Below, piece after piece: positions 46,666 through 56,475 of a stretch of 64,000 nucleotides of DNA. Numbering within the stretch: the first letter of the stretch is position 1; each line of letters starts with the position of its first letter. A program made the translations under genes and the position numbers. This DNA is from Parcubacteria group bacterium LiPW_41 (lineage in GTDB: Bacteria > Patescibacteriota > Minisyncoccia > UBA6257 > GWB1-50-10). The notes below the pieces were generated by a model, which did no database searches, was not told the DNA's origin, and saw nothing but the letters and a program-made list of their open reading frames with translations. The DNA lies in NCBI GenBank assembly GCA_007375535.1, contig VMEM01000003.1, positions 32,811 through 96,810 of the forward strand, written 5' to 3'.

Positions 46666-46790
46666 ATCCCGTTAGAAACCGCGATCGCTTTGAGGGATAG
46701 GAAAATAATAAAACTATGAACCTTAGTCGAAACAATAAATTTATTCAACATGTCGCATCATTTTCGATTGCGATCTGTTTCTAACGGGAT
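46666..46790. repeat. IR-bounded intergenic element, copy B (ATCCCGTTAGAAAC ... GTTTCTAACGGGAT). Its last two bases are the AT of the proS start codon.
   Basis: Perfect 14-bp terminal inverted repeats, 125 bp overall. Same terminal sequence as copies A and C. Confidence 0.7.
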
Positions 46791-48489
46791 GCGACAATCT
46801 CACTATTTTTTGAAGACAAGCAAGACATTTTCCGAGGAGGATTCGATCATTTCAGCTCGTCTTTTAAAACAGGCAGGCTTTATTCAGGAGTCAGTGGCTG
46901 GCCGATATTATTTTTTACCAATTGGATATAAGGTCCAACAGAATATTATGAAGGTGGTAAAAGAGGAAATGGATAGGGTGGGGGCACAGGAAATGATTGC
47001 TCCAATTTTGCATCCACTTGAATTATGGAAAGAAACAAATAGGACTAACACTACTGGGTTTGAATTAATGAAGGTGAAAGATCGCCGTGGATCAGAGTTC
47101 GCCTTAGGAGGAACAGCCGAGGAAATGTTTGTTGATTTGGTTCGAAAATATGAATTGAGTTATAAAAATCTTCCATTTCATTTATATCAATTTTCTCCAA
47201 AATTTCGGGATGAGATTCGTGCGCGCGGAGGATTACTTCGAGTGCGTGAATTTATCATGAAAGATGGATATTCATTTCATAGAAATGAGGATGATTTTAA
47301 AACAACATATGAGGAGATGAAGAATGTGTATTCAAAGATATTTGAGAGAATGGGGCTCAAAACTGTCATTGTTGAAGCAGATAATGGATACATTGGTGGT
47401 GAATATTGTCATGAATTTATTGTTGAAGCCGAGAACGGAGAAAGTAGATTTTTTGTGTCGGAAGACGGGATATATGCCGCACACGAAGACATTGCAAAAT
47501 TTAAGCGCGATCCGGCAAATGCTAACGAAAAAGAATTGCCGTTTGAAATTATCTCACAACCTGAATGGGTGCAAACGATGGATGATAATGTAAAACATTA
47601 TCAAAAAGACAAAAAACATTTTCTAAAGAATGTAGTGTATAAAAATAGTACAACTGGGGAACTTATTATTGCTGTAGTGACAGGGGACTTAGAGGTGAAT
47701 CAGACAAAACTCGAACATGTACTAAAGATGGTTGGACAGCTTTCTCCTGCGGAAGATGCTGATTTAGAGAAGTTAGGAACGAAACACGGATATGTCCACT
47801 CATGGGGGCATAACGCGCGGTACATCGGAGATATTGTTCTTGCTGAAGCCAAAAATCTCATTGGAGGATTAAAGGAAGATACAACCGACTCAATTAATGT
47901 AAATCATGGGAGAGACTTCACTTGTGAGTTTCTTGCGGATATTGCATCAGCGAAGCCAGGCGATAAGTCAGAGGGTGGAAGTGTATTAGTAGAGAAGCGA
48001 GGAATAGAGGTAGGAAACACTTTCCAGCTTGGGTATCATTACACCACCCTTATGAAGGGGGCGACCTATAAAGATGAGGATGGTACTGAGAAGCCATTTT
48101 ATATGGGATGTTATGGAATAGGTATTGGTCGCACCATGGCAACATTGGTTGAGCAGTTTCATGATGCAAGGGGAATACAATGGCCAGAAGTAATTGCTCC
48201 ATTTAAGGTTCATCTGATTGCATTGCTTACAAAAGACGAAGATTTGAAAAAGGAGGCAGAATTACTCTATACTAGGCTTGTTGCATTAGGGGTAGAGGTA
48301 TTATTTGATGATCGAGAAGGAGTTTCTGCTGGTGAAAAACTTGCCGATGCAGACCTTGTTGGAATCCCTTATCGAGTGCTTATAAGTGAGAAAACAAGAA
48401 AAGAGGGAAAATTGGAATTGAAAAAGAGAATAGAAACTGTCGCACAATTATTGAGTGAGGATGAAATAATAAAAATTGTTACAAAATGA
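46789..48489 (+). CDS. proS: Prolyl-tRNA synthetase
   Basis: Class II aaRS motifs and a ProRS anticodon-binding domain. Start placed at ATG 46789 (MRQSHYFLKTSKTF...), which aligns with ProS N-termini. The tracked ORF start at 46750 lies inside the repeat element. Confidence 0.85.
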   Translation: MRQSHYFLKTSKTFSEEDSIISARLLKQAGFIQESVAGRYYFLPIGYKVQQNIMKVVKEEMDRVGAQEMIAPILHPLELWKETNRTNTTGFELMKVKDRRGSEFALGGTAEEMFVDLVRKYELSYKNLPFHLYQFSPKFRDEIRARGGLLRVREFIMKDGYSFHRNEDDFKTTYEEMKNVYSKIFERMGLKTVIVEADNGYIGGEYCHEFIVEAENGESRFFVSEDGIYAAHEDIAKFKRDPANANEKELPFEIISQPEWVQTMDDNVKHYQKDKKHFLKNVVYKNSTTGELIIAVVTGDLEVNQTKLEHVLKMVGQLSPAEDADLEKLGTKHGYVHSWGHNARYIGDIVLAEAKNLIGGLKEDTTDSINVNHGRDFTCEFLADIASAKPGDKSEGGSVLVEKRGIEVGNTFQLGYHYTTLMKGATYKDEDGTEKPFYMGCYGIGIGRTMATLVEQFHDARGIQWPEVIAPFKVHLIALLTKDEDLKKEAELLYTRLVALGVEVLFDDREGVSAGEKLADADLVGIPYRVLISEKTRKEGKLELKKRIETVAQLLSEDEIIKIVTK

Positions 48490-49511
48490 TATTAAAGAAA
48501 ATAATTGGAATAGATCTTGGAACCGATACGACTCAAATTTATTTGAAAGGTTCTGGAGTTGTGGTGAATGAACCAACAATCGTTGCGTGCAACAATCGAA
48601 CAGATCGTGTTGTTGCAGTGGGGAATGAAGCAAAAAAAATGCTTGCACGGACACCTGCACATATTACTGCGCTTCGTCCAATTATGAATGGAGTCATTGC
48701 AGATTTTGATATGGTGAAGGAATTGCTTCAAAGTTTTTTGAAGCGAGATGATATTCCATGGTCTTGGATTACTGAAACAATTGTAAGTATTCCAACAAAT
48801 CTTACCGAAGTAGAAAGGAAATCAGTTGAGGATTTATTAAAAGAATCTGGAGCAACTTCTGTGTATCTAATTGAGCAACCACTTGTGGCAGCGTTTGGAA
48901 GTCGATTGGATATAAATCTTCCTTCGGCATTTCTTGTTGTTGATATTGGTGCAGGAACTACTGATATGGCAATTATTTCAATGAATGGAATTGTCGTCTC
49001 TCGTCGTCTCAAGATTGCTGGGGATTATCTCAATCAAGAAATTATAAAAGGAGTACGTGATGAATTACGTTTGCATATTGGAGAGCCAACCGCTGAAGAA
49101 ATAAAGATTGCAGTAGGTTCAGTTATTCCGACTGGCGAACGTCTCGAGCTTACCGTTCGCGGAAGGGATGTGGCCTCTGGACTTCCAAGAGAAATTTCAA
49201 TTCGTGACACACAGGTTCGTTTGTGGCTTGTTCGACCCGTAAAACAAATCATTGAAGCAATAAAAGATTTAATTGAATCAGCTCCACCAGAGCTTGTTGG
49301 AGATATTTACAAAAATGGAATGTATTTTTGTGGTGGGGGAAGTTTGCTTCGGGGAATCGATCAGGTTGCGGAAAAAGAAATTGGTGTGCGTGTTCAAATT
49401 GTTGAAGATCCTTTAGCGTGTGTAGCTCGTGGAACTGGTCTTGTGTGTGAGAAATTTGATACACACAAACACTTGTTAAATAACTTTTCACGTTTGAAGC
49501 TTGATGAGTAG
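48486..49511 (+). CDS. mreB: MreB-like actin homologue (copy 2), first gene of the mreBCD-mrdA cluster
   Basis: IGIDLGTDTT, NEPTIVA, DIGAGTTDMAI motifs. Overlaps the proS stop. Confidence 0.8.
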   Translation: MILKKIIGIDLGTDTTQIYLKGSGVVVNEPTIVACNNRTDRVVAVGNEAKKMLARTPAHITALRPIMNGVIADFDMVKELLQSFLKRDDIPWSWITETIVSIPTNLTEVERKSVEDLLKESGATSVYLIEQPLVAAFGSRLDINLPSAFLVVDIGAGTTDMAIISMNGIVVSRRLKIAGDYLNQEIIKGVRDELRLHIGEPTAEEIKIAVGSVIPTGERLELTVRGRDVASGLPREISIRDTQVRLWLVRPVKQIIEAIKDLIESAPPELVGDIYKNGMYFCGGGSLLRGIDQVAEKEIGVRVQIVEDPLACVARGTGLVCEKFDTHKHLLNNFSRLKLDE

Positions 49512-49543
49512 TCGAAATAATAAAATAGGGTTTTTCTAATAAG

Positions 49544-50239
49544 ATGAAAACAACTCGCATATTAGTTCAGGTGTTATTACTCATTTCTCTTATAGTTGCA
49601 CTCCTTATGTTTCGTAGTGAAATAGGTGATTTTATTGTTGGACTTCGTTCCGTTGTGTTTGGTGTGCTTGGTCCCTCATGCGAAGTACAAAAAATGAAAG
49701 ACGTTCAAGCAGAGAATGTATCACTCAAAAAACAAATTGAATTACTTTCACTTAAGATGGGAATAAAGGAGAATAGTGGAGAGCTTGTAGCAAATGTTTA
49801 TTCATCTTATCCATTTAATGACAAAGTTCATATTGTGGTTGATAAGGGGAGTAATGATGGAGTTAACGTTGGAATGCCGGTAATGGTACAAAAAAACATT
49901 GTTATCGGGAAAGTCATTTCAGTTAAAAAAACGCAAAGTGAGATTCAAACTATTTTTGATCCAGAATGGAAAACAAGTGTAGTGATTGGTACCTCGACAG
50001 TAAAGGCGGTTTTGAAAGGGGGAAATACTCCTGAGGTTCAATTTATTCCTAAAGATGCACACATTGTCTCTGGTGAGGAAGTATTAAATATCGCACAGGA
50101 ATTTCCAATTCATACTATACTTGGATCAATTAAATCGGTTCGGGAGGATGAGAAGAAGTTATGGCAGGTCGCGAGTATTGAATTGCCAGTTTCTTTTGAT
50201 GCACTTCGTACGGTAACTATACTTACGACATTTCCATAA
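49544..50239 (+). CDS. mreC: Rod shape-determining protein MreC
   Basis: N-terminal TM and coiled coil, then MreC beta-barrel motifs (VVIGTSTVKAVLKG, IVSGEEVLNIAQEFP). Confidence 0.75.
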   Translation: MKTTRILVQVLLLISLIVALLMFRSEIGDFIVGLRSVVFGVLGPSCEVQKMKDVQAENVSLKKQIELLSLKMGIKENSGELVANVYSSYPFNDKVHIVVDKGSNDGVNVGMPVMVQKNIVIGKVISVKKTQSEIQTIFDPEWKTSVVIGTSTVKAVLKGGNTPEVQFIPKDAHIVSGEEVLNIAQEFPIHTILGSIKSVREDEKKLWQVASIELPVSFDALRTVTILTTFP

Positions 50240-50242
50240 TTT

Positions 50243-50719
50243 ATGAAAAATTTTTCTTCCTTTCTCTTTCTTCTTTTAATTGGAGTTATTGCGCTCATTC
50301 TTATGAATTCGGGCGCACTTCGTTTTTTTAATATAAACCCTAATTTATTTCTCTTATTTATAATTGCGCTCATTGCTACTCGCGCTAAAAACAGTATTAT
50401 CGTTTCCTTATTGTTTTTTAGTCTATTTGTTGGATTTGTTTTGTATCCCTTTTGGATTTTAGAATATTCACTTTTGTGTCTCGTTGGGTTTTTATTACTT
50501 TTCTTTCGTTCACGACTTACTGGAAATCAAATAAGTGACTCACTAATTCTTTCTTTTTCCGGTTCTCTCTTTTTCTCACTTTGTTTGTGGTTTTTTTCTC
50601 ATTCGTCATTTTCTATATCCCAATTACTTTATCAACTTATTTATGACTTGATATGTGGGTTTATTTTTGTATTGTTGCTTCGACCGATAATTAAAAGGGG
50701 AGGAATTTCAAAGCTATGA
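50243..50719 (+). CDS. mreD: Rod shape-determining protein MreD (polytopic membrane protein)
   Basis: 158 aa, five TM helices, positioned between mreC and mrdA. Assignment by context and topology. Confidence 0.5.
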   Translation: MKNFSSFLFLLLIGVIALILMNSGALRFFNINPNLFLLFIIALIATRAKNSIIVSLLFFSLFVGFVLYPFWILEYSLLCLVGFLLLFFRSRLTGNQISDSLILSFSGSLFFSLCLWFFSHSSFSISQLLYQLIYDLICGFIFVLLLRPIIKRGGISKL

Positions 50720-52581
50720 GATCAAGAAAGAATATTGAATTTGAAGAAATACTTTCTGACAAAAGCGTCGAGGGAAGTGTGCGAGAGGTTCCTGTTTCTG
50801 AAAGGACTTTTTTTGTCTTTGTTTCTTTTGTTGTTTTGATAGTAGGAATAGCAATCGTTGAACTTTTGTGGCTAAATGTTGGAAAGCGAGATCAGTATGT
50901 TGAAAGAGCACTTGATAATGTTTCTGACTCAAAGGTAAAACATTCTCCTCGAGGTATTATTTTTGATAGGTTTGAAAAAGCAATGACTGAAAACGCGCCA
51001 GCATTCAATGTGTATCTTATTCCTCAAAAACTTCCCATTGATATAGTTCAACGCGAAGAAGCAATAAAACGGATTGCAGATATTTTGAAGATGTCAGAGT
51101 GGGAACTTGTGCAGAAAATTGGAGACAGGGATTGGTCATTGTCTGGGAAAATGCTTTTAAGTGACGACATTACTCAGGATCAACTTGTTGAACTTTCTTC
51201 TTCTGAACATCTGGGCATTTCTATTGAGGAAAGTTTTCGACGAATTCATTCGGTCCCGTATGCATTTTCTGAATTTATTGGATATACAGGGCTTGTGAAC
51301 AAAGAGGATATTTCAAATGACTCCAATCTTACTATTGATGATCAGATTGGTCGTTCTGGACTTGAAATGTATTATGATCAATTTCTACGTGGAATTAATG
51401 GAAAAGACGTTGTGTATAAAACAGCAAGGGGAGAGATAAAAAATGAGCGCATAGAGCGAGAGCCAAAACCAGGAAAGAATGTTATTACATATATTGATTC
51501 TGAGCTTCAAACCGTTTTTTATAATAGTTTAAAGAAACAACTTGAATTTCTTGGAAGGGATGTTGGTGTTGGTATTGCAATTGATCCTAGAAATGGAGAA
51601 GTTCTTGCTCTAACCTCTGTTCCTGGATTTGATCCACATAAAATAGGAAGTGCGTTAGTTGATTCTCGGAGACCTTTGTTTAATAGAACCATTGCGGGGG
51701 TATATAACCCAGGATCAACAATAAAACCGCTTGTTGCTGTTGCTGCCCTTACGGAGAATATAATAACTCCAGTTTCAAGTTTTTTTTCTTCTGGAATGCT
51801 TGAAATACCAAACCCATACAATCCTTCACTTCCTTCCCGTTTTCCTGACAACAAAGCGCATGGATGGGTGAATGTTCGGTCTGCGATTGCTCGTTCGAGT
51901 AATGTGTTTTTTTATATTGTTGGAGGTGGATATCAGAACCAGAAAGGACTTGGAATCTACAAACTTAAGGAATGGTGGGGAGCTTTTGGGCTTGCAGAAA
52001 GAACTGGCATTGATATTCCCGGAGAAAAAGTTGGATTTCTTCCTGATCCAGAGTGGAAAGAAAAGGCAACAGATGATCCTTGGCGTTTAGGAGATACTTA
52101 CCATGTATCAATTGGACAGGGAGATTTTTCAGTAACTCCAATTGAACTATTAAATTACATTTGTGCAATTGCTAACGGGGGAACTCTCTACAAACCAAGA
52201 GTTGTCGATCGTATTAATGGTGTTGATGGAAGTGAATTGTTAAAAACATATCCAAGTGTTATAAGAGATTTAAAAACGAAAATTTCTTCGAGTGCACTTC
52301 ATGAGGTGCAAGAAGGAATGAAGGACACAATCGAAATGTCATACGGAACTGGATATTTACTTCATGATATTCCAATGCGCATTGCGGCAAAATCAGGAAC
52401 AGCACAGGTTCAAAATAACGCAAAGACAAATGCATTTTTTGTAGGATATGCCCCAGCGGAAGATCCAAAGATTGCTATACTCGTACTTGTCGAGAACTCA
52501 CGAGAAGGGAGCTTGAACGCAACTCCAGTAGCCAGAGAGGTTCTCCTATGGTACTATAATAATCGTCTCAAGGAGTTATAA
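50716..52581 (+). CDS. mrdA: Penicillin-binding protein 2 (elongasome transpeptidase)
   Basis: N-terminal TM and dimerisation domain. Transpeptidase motifs STIKP (SxxK), SSN (SxN) and KSGTA (KTG). Confidence 0.85.
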   Translation: MRSRKNIEFEEILSDKSVEGSVREVPVSERTFFVFVSFVVLIVGIAIVELLWLNVGKRDQYVERALDNVSDSKVKHSPRGIIFDRFEKAMTENAPAFNVYLIPQKLPIDIVQREEAIKRIADILKMSEWELVQKIGDRDWSLSGKMLLSDDITQDQLVELSSSEHLGISIEESFRRIHSVPYAFSEFIGYTGLVNKEDISNDSNLTIDDQIGRSGLEMYYDQFLRGINGKDVVYKTARGEIKNERIEREPKPGKNVITYIDSELQTVFYNSLKKQLEFLGRDVGVGIAIDPRNGEVLALTSVPGFDPHKIGSALVDSRRPLFNRTIAGVYNPGSTIKPLVAVAALTENIITPVSSFFSSGMLEIPNPYNPSLPSRFPDNKAHGWVNVRSAIARSSNVFFYIVGGGYQNQKGLGIYKLKEWWGAFGLAERTGIDIPGEKVGFLPDPEWKEKATDDPWRLGDTYHVSIGQGDFSVTPIELLNYICAIANGGTLYKPRVVDRINGVDGSELLKTYPSVIRDLKTKISSSALHEVQEGMKDTIEMSYGTGYLLHDIPMRIAAKSGTAQVQNNAKTNAFFVGYAPAEDPKIAILVLVENSREGSLNATPVAREVLLWYYNNRLKEL

Positions 52582-52602
52582 ACCCTTGGGTTTTCTAAAA
52601 TT

Positions 52603-53073
52603 ATGTCAACAAAGAAAAACTACCTCACAAAAGAGCGATACGAAGAGATTGTTACTGAGCTTGAGTCATTGAGGCTTGAAGGACGTCGTACGGTTGCAGA
52701 GCGTTTAAAACACGCAAAGGAACTTGGTGATTTATCGGAAAATTCAGAATATCAAGAAGCTCGCGACGAGCAGGCACGTCTTGAGGGAAAAATTGCAGAA
52801 CTAGAAGATCTTCTTCGAAATTCGGCTATTATTGAAAAAACTGGAAATGGAACGGGTGGAGTTCGCGTTGGTTCAAAAGTGACAGTAAAGAAGGGAAGTG
52901 AAAAAAGAGTTTTCACAATCGTTGGTTCAAATGAATCAAAACCAACCGAAGGGTTGATTTCAAATGAATCACCAATTGGACAGGCACTTATTGGAAAAAA
53001 AGATGGAGACAAAGTAACCGTTGTTACCCCAACAGGTCTTACTGTTGATTACACAATACTTTCTATTGAGTAA
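52603..53073 (+). CDS. greA: Transcription elongation factor GreA
   Basis: N-terminal coiled coil with a DLSENSEYQEARDEQ acidic tip and a C-terminal FKBP-like domain. Confidence 0.9.
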   Translation: MSTKKNYLTKERYEEIVTELESLRLEGRRTVAERLKHAKELGDLSENSEYQEARDEQARLEGKIAELEDLLRNSAIIEKTGNGTGGVRVGSKVTVKKGSEKRVFTIVGSNESKPTEGLISNESPIGQALIGKKDGDKVTVVTPTGLTVDYTILSIE

Positions 53074-53079
53074 CTATTT

Positions 53080-54522
53080 ATGATTGAAGATATCATTGAA
53101 GAGCGAAAGAAAAAACTTGCTGAATATTCAAAAACGGCAGGTGCATATCCTGCGCGTGTTTCGCGCGATATGGTAATTTCAGATGCGATTTCGAAATTTG
53201 ATGAATTATCTGAAACAAAAAAACAAATTTCTCTTGTTGGAAGAGTGACAGCACTCAGAGATCAGGGAAAGATATTGTTTTGTGATTTGAAAGATGAGAG
53301 TGGAAAAATTCAAGTGGTAGTGAATGAGGCTGAAATAAAAGATTTTGGACTTATTCAGAGCACACTTGATATTGGTGATTTTTTTGAGGTTTCAGGATCA
53401 TTGTTTGCAACAAAACGTGGAGAAAAAAGTATTTTACCAACATCTGCTCGAATTGTTGGAAAAAGCATTCGTCCTCTTCCTTCGGAGTGGTATGGATTGG
53501 AGGACACTGAGATACGTTTGAGAAAACGATATCTTGATATGCTCACACATCCCGAGATCCGTGATTTATTTATAAAGAAAGATATTTTTTGGACAACAAT
53601 TAGAAACTTTTTAAAGACTGAAGGATTTCGAGAAGTTGAAACCGCAGTACTTGAGCCAGTTCCTGGGGGAGCAGAGGCGGAACCATTTGTTACTCATCAT
53701 AACGCACTTGATACCAATTTCTATTTACGTATTTCTCTTGAACTTCCACTCAAGCGATTGCTTGTTGGTGGATATGAAAAAGTATTTGAAATTGGAAGAA
53801 TTTTTAGAAACGAAGGAATTGATCGAGAACATCTTCAGGACTATACGCAGATGGAATGTTATTGGGCATATGCTGACTATAACAACATGATGGATCTTAC
53901 TCGAAAGATGTATCAAGAGGCAGTAAAAAATGTAACAGGAGGATATGTGACAACATATCAAGATATGGAAATTGACTGGAGTGGTGAATGGCCAATGGTT
54001 GATTACTATGAGGTATTTAAAAAAGAGACGGGATTAGATTTAAAAACTACAACTATAGAAGAGTTACAAAGGAAAGCAGAAGAGGTACGAGCCAGAATTG
54101 AACCAAATATGGGACGCGGTCGTCTCATTGATTTGGTATACAAAAAAGCAGTTCGTCCATTATTACTTCAGCCATGTTTTCTAGTAAATCCTCCAGTGGA
54201 CATTGAACCACTTGCAAAGCGAAGCGAAGAAGACAGTGGAAGAGTTGAACGGTTTCAAATTATGGCGGGAGGAACAGAACTTGGAAAGGGATTTTCAGAA
54301 CTCAATGATCCACTTGATCAGCGCGCTCGATTTGAAGAACAAATGAAGCTTCGAGAAGCAGGAGATAGTGAAGCACAAAGAATTGATGATGATTTCCTTG
54401 AGGCGCTTGAATATGGAATGCCACCTGCTGCAGGATTTGGACTTTCCGAACGTTTATTTTCAGTGATTATGAATAGGCCGATTCGAGAAACAGTTATCTT
54501 TCCTCTTATGAGGCAAGAATAA
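53080..54522 (+). CDS. lysS: Lysyl-tRNA synthetase, class II
   Basis: N-terminal OB anticodon-binding domain and class II motifs (FRNEG, GGTELGKGFSELNDP, GFGLSERL). Confidence 0.9.
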   Translation: MIEDIIEERKKKLAEYSKTAGAYPARVSRDMVISDAISKFDELSETKKQISLVGRVTALRDQGKILFCDLKDESGKIQVVVNEAEIKDFGLIQSTLDIGDFFEVSGSLFATKRGEKSILPTSARIVGKSIRPLPSEWYGLEDTEIRLRKRYLDMLTHPEIRDLFIKKDIFWTTIRNFLKTEGFREVETAVLEPVPGGAEAEPFVTHHNALDTNFYLRISLELPLKRLLVGGYEKVFEIGRIFRNEGIDREHLQDYTQMECYWAYADYNNMMDLTRKMYQEAVKNVTGGYVTTYQDMEIDWSGEWPMVDYYEVFKKETGLDLKTTTIEELQRKAEEVRARIEPNMGRGRLIDLVYKKAVRPLLLQPCFLVNPPVDIEPLAKRSEEDSGRVERFQIMAGGTELGKGFSELNDPLDQRARFEEQMKLREAGDSEAQRIDDDFLEALEYGMPPAAGFGLSERLFSVIMNRPIRETVIFPLMRQE

Positions 54523-54524
54523 TT

Positions 54525-54866
54525 ATGACGCTTAAAGAATTAAGTTTATTTATCAAAGCTGAAGACGCACGATTGCGTACTATGCATGGAAATTCTGAAG
54601 ATACAGAAAAAAGACTTCTTGCACACTCAGTTAAATTATCTGAAGAAGTGGGAGAGTTAAGTGAGATTGTTCTCTCTTATTGCTCACTTCAACGAAAAGA
54701 AAAATTAAATAAGTTTGATAAGGAACACATTCCAGGAGAATTTGCTGATGTGATTATTGTGTGTGCATTACTTGCAAATGCAATGGATGTTGATCTTGAG
54801 GATGCAATTGAGAAAAAAATAAAAGTCATTGAGGAAAGGCATAAAAAACATTTAGAAACAGTATGA
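54525..54866 (+). CDS. MazG-like nucleotide pyrophosphohydrolase (small single-domain)
   Basis: EExxE-type motif LSEEVGELSE and a second acidic cluster EFADVIIVCALLANAMDVDLEDAIEKK. Confidence 0.6.
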   Translation: MTLKELSLFIKAEDARLRTMHGNSEDTEKRLLAHSVKLSEEVGELSEIVLSYCSLQRKEKLNKFDKEHIPGEFADVIIVCALLANAMDVDLEDAIEKKIKVIEERHKKHLETV

Positions 54867-54962
54867 GATTAGGAAAATTACGATCATTTATTGATGCGGT
54901 TGACTCACGAAAGCTAAATTAAAGCATCATTATTTTAGTCGTAGCAATAAATCAAAAAAATT

Positions 54963-56225
54963 ATGTTAGATATTCAATATATTCGTGAGAACGTAGAAAA
55001 AGTAAAAAAAGGGATGGAGAAAAAACGACAAGACCCGAAACTTGTTGATAAATTTTTGCATGCTGATGAAGAACTTCGAGCAAAAATTCTTGCATTTGAA
55101 ACATTAAAAGCAGAACAAAATGCACTTTCAAAGCAACTTTCTGCAGGACGAAGTGAAGACTTGGTGAATAAGGCACAAGTGATGAAAAAGAGACTTTCTG
55201 AACTTGAAACAGAGCGAGAAGAACTTGAGAAGAAGAGAAGTGATATTCTCTCTCGTATTCCTAACTTACCATTTGAAGATGTAATAATTGGAAAAGACGA
55301 GACAGAAAATAAAGTATTAAGAGAAGTGGGGGAGAAGCGTAATTTCGAAAAGGAAGGATTCAAACCGCTTGATTATCTTGAACTTGGAGAAAAATTAGAA
55401 ATTATTAATGTAAAAAAAGCAGCGGAGGTTTCTGGAAGCAGGTTCGGATATTTATTAAAAGATGCAGTACTTTTGGAATTTGCATTGGTAAAACTTGCAA
55501 TGGATGTATTACTTGAAAGAAGCTTCACTCCAGCAGTTCCCCCAGTAATGATTAAACCAGATGTGTATGAAGGAATGGGGCGTCTTGCAGCAGACCAGAA
55601 AGACGAGCGATATTATTTTGAAAAAGATGATTTATATCTCGTTGGAAGTTCAGAACACACGATGGGTCCGATTCATATGAACGAGGTATTGGAAATTGAA
55701 ACACTCCCACGACGTTATGTAGCATTCTCAACCTGTTTCCGAAGAGAAGCGGGAACATATGGAAAAGACACTAAGGGAATTTTGAGAGTACATCAGTTTG
55801 ATAAGGTTGAAATGTTTGCATTTTCAAATCCAGAAAAATCGGAGGAAGAACATAAATTCCTTTTGGATTGTCAGGAAACATTATGGAAGAAACTTGAAAT
55901 TCCTTATCGTGTGATTGAATTATGTACGGGAGATATGGGATGGACCGATGCGCGACAATTTGATATTGAGGCATGGATGCCAGGACAGGGAACATATCGA
56001 GAAACCAATTCGTGTTCAAATACTACTGATTTCCAGTCACGAGGAACAAATATAAAGTACAAGACAAAAGACGGAAAGAAAGAATTAGTACATATGTTGA
56101 ACGCAACCGCATTTGCAATCGGAAGAACAATTATTGCGATTATTGAAAATAATCAGCAGAAAGACGGAACGATAAAAGTACCAAAGGCATTGCAAGCGTA
56201 TCTAGGGAAGGAATTTATTAGTTAA
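54963..56225 (+). CDS. serS: Seryl-tRNA synthetase
   Basis: N-terminal coiled-coil arm and class II catalytic motifs (FRREAG, GQGTYRETNSCSN, AIGRT). Confidence 0.9.
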   Translation: MLDIQYIRENVEKVKKGMEKKRQDPKLVDKFLHADEELRAKILAFETLKAEQNALSKQLSAGRSEDLVNKAQVMKKRLSELETEREELEKKRSDILSRIPNLPFEDVIIGKDETENKVLREVGEKRNFEKEGFKPLDYLELGEKLEIINVKKAAEVSGSRFGYLLKDAVLLEFALVKLAMDVLLERSFTPAVPPVMIKPDVYEGMGRLAADQKDERYYFEKDDLYLVGSSEHTMGPIHMNEVLEIETLPRRYVAFSTCFRREAGTYGKDTKGILRVHQFDKVEMFAFSNPEKSEEEHKFLLDCQETLWKKLEIPYRVIELCTGDMGWTDARQFDIEAWMPGQGTYRETNSCSNTTDFQSRGTNIKYKTKDGKKELVHMLNATAFAIGRTIIAIIENNQQKDGTIKVPKALQAYLGKEFIS

Positions 56226-56240
56226 AAGCTACTATAAAAA

Positions 56241-56267
56241 ACTGAATTATTAACATTCAGTTTTTTG
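56241..56267 (+). terminator. Intrinsic terminator after serS
   Basis: Hairpin actgaat-tattaa-cattcagt followed by ttttttg. Confidence 0.7.
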
Positions 56268-56404
56268 TCATTATGGTTATTAAATAGGACATTGGTAGAG
56301 CTATATACTGGAAAGGAGTAGCTCTACCAATGGAATTTTTGTTTGTGGGTACTGGGGGAAGAGATGGTGTTTTGTGAGAGAAAATGCGCTTATTTCCGGT
56401 ATAT

Positions 56405-56433
56405 CTAAACTGGTTGCATTTTCTGTAATAGTG
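56405..56433 (+). promoter_or_regulatory. Promoter TTGCAT-N17-TATAAT with an extended -10 TG
   Basis: ttgcattttctgtaatagtgtggtataat upstream of ORF 56476/56524. Confidence 0.4.
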
Positions 56434-56475
56434 TGGTATAATATCAAAATCATTTAAAACGGTTATTTTGGGTCT

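Noticed and set aside
46750-46788. Tracked proS start at 46750
   Set aside because: It would translate through the conserved right terminal repeat of element B. The ATG at 46789 gives the N-terminus expected for ProS and matches the pattern of the other two copies.
56293-56335. 13-bp-stem hairpin (attggtagagcta ... tagctctaccaat) downstream of the serS terminator, as a second terminator or sRNA
   Set aside because: No flanking T-run and no partner promoter. It is recorded here only as a possible processing hairpin and is not a separate finding.
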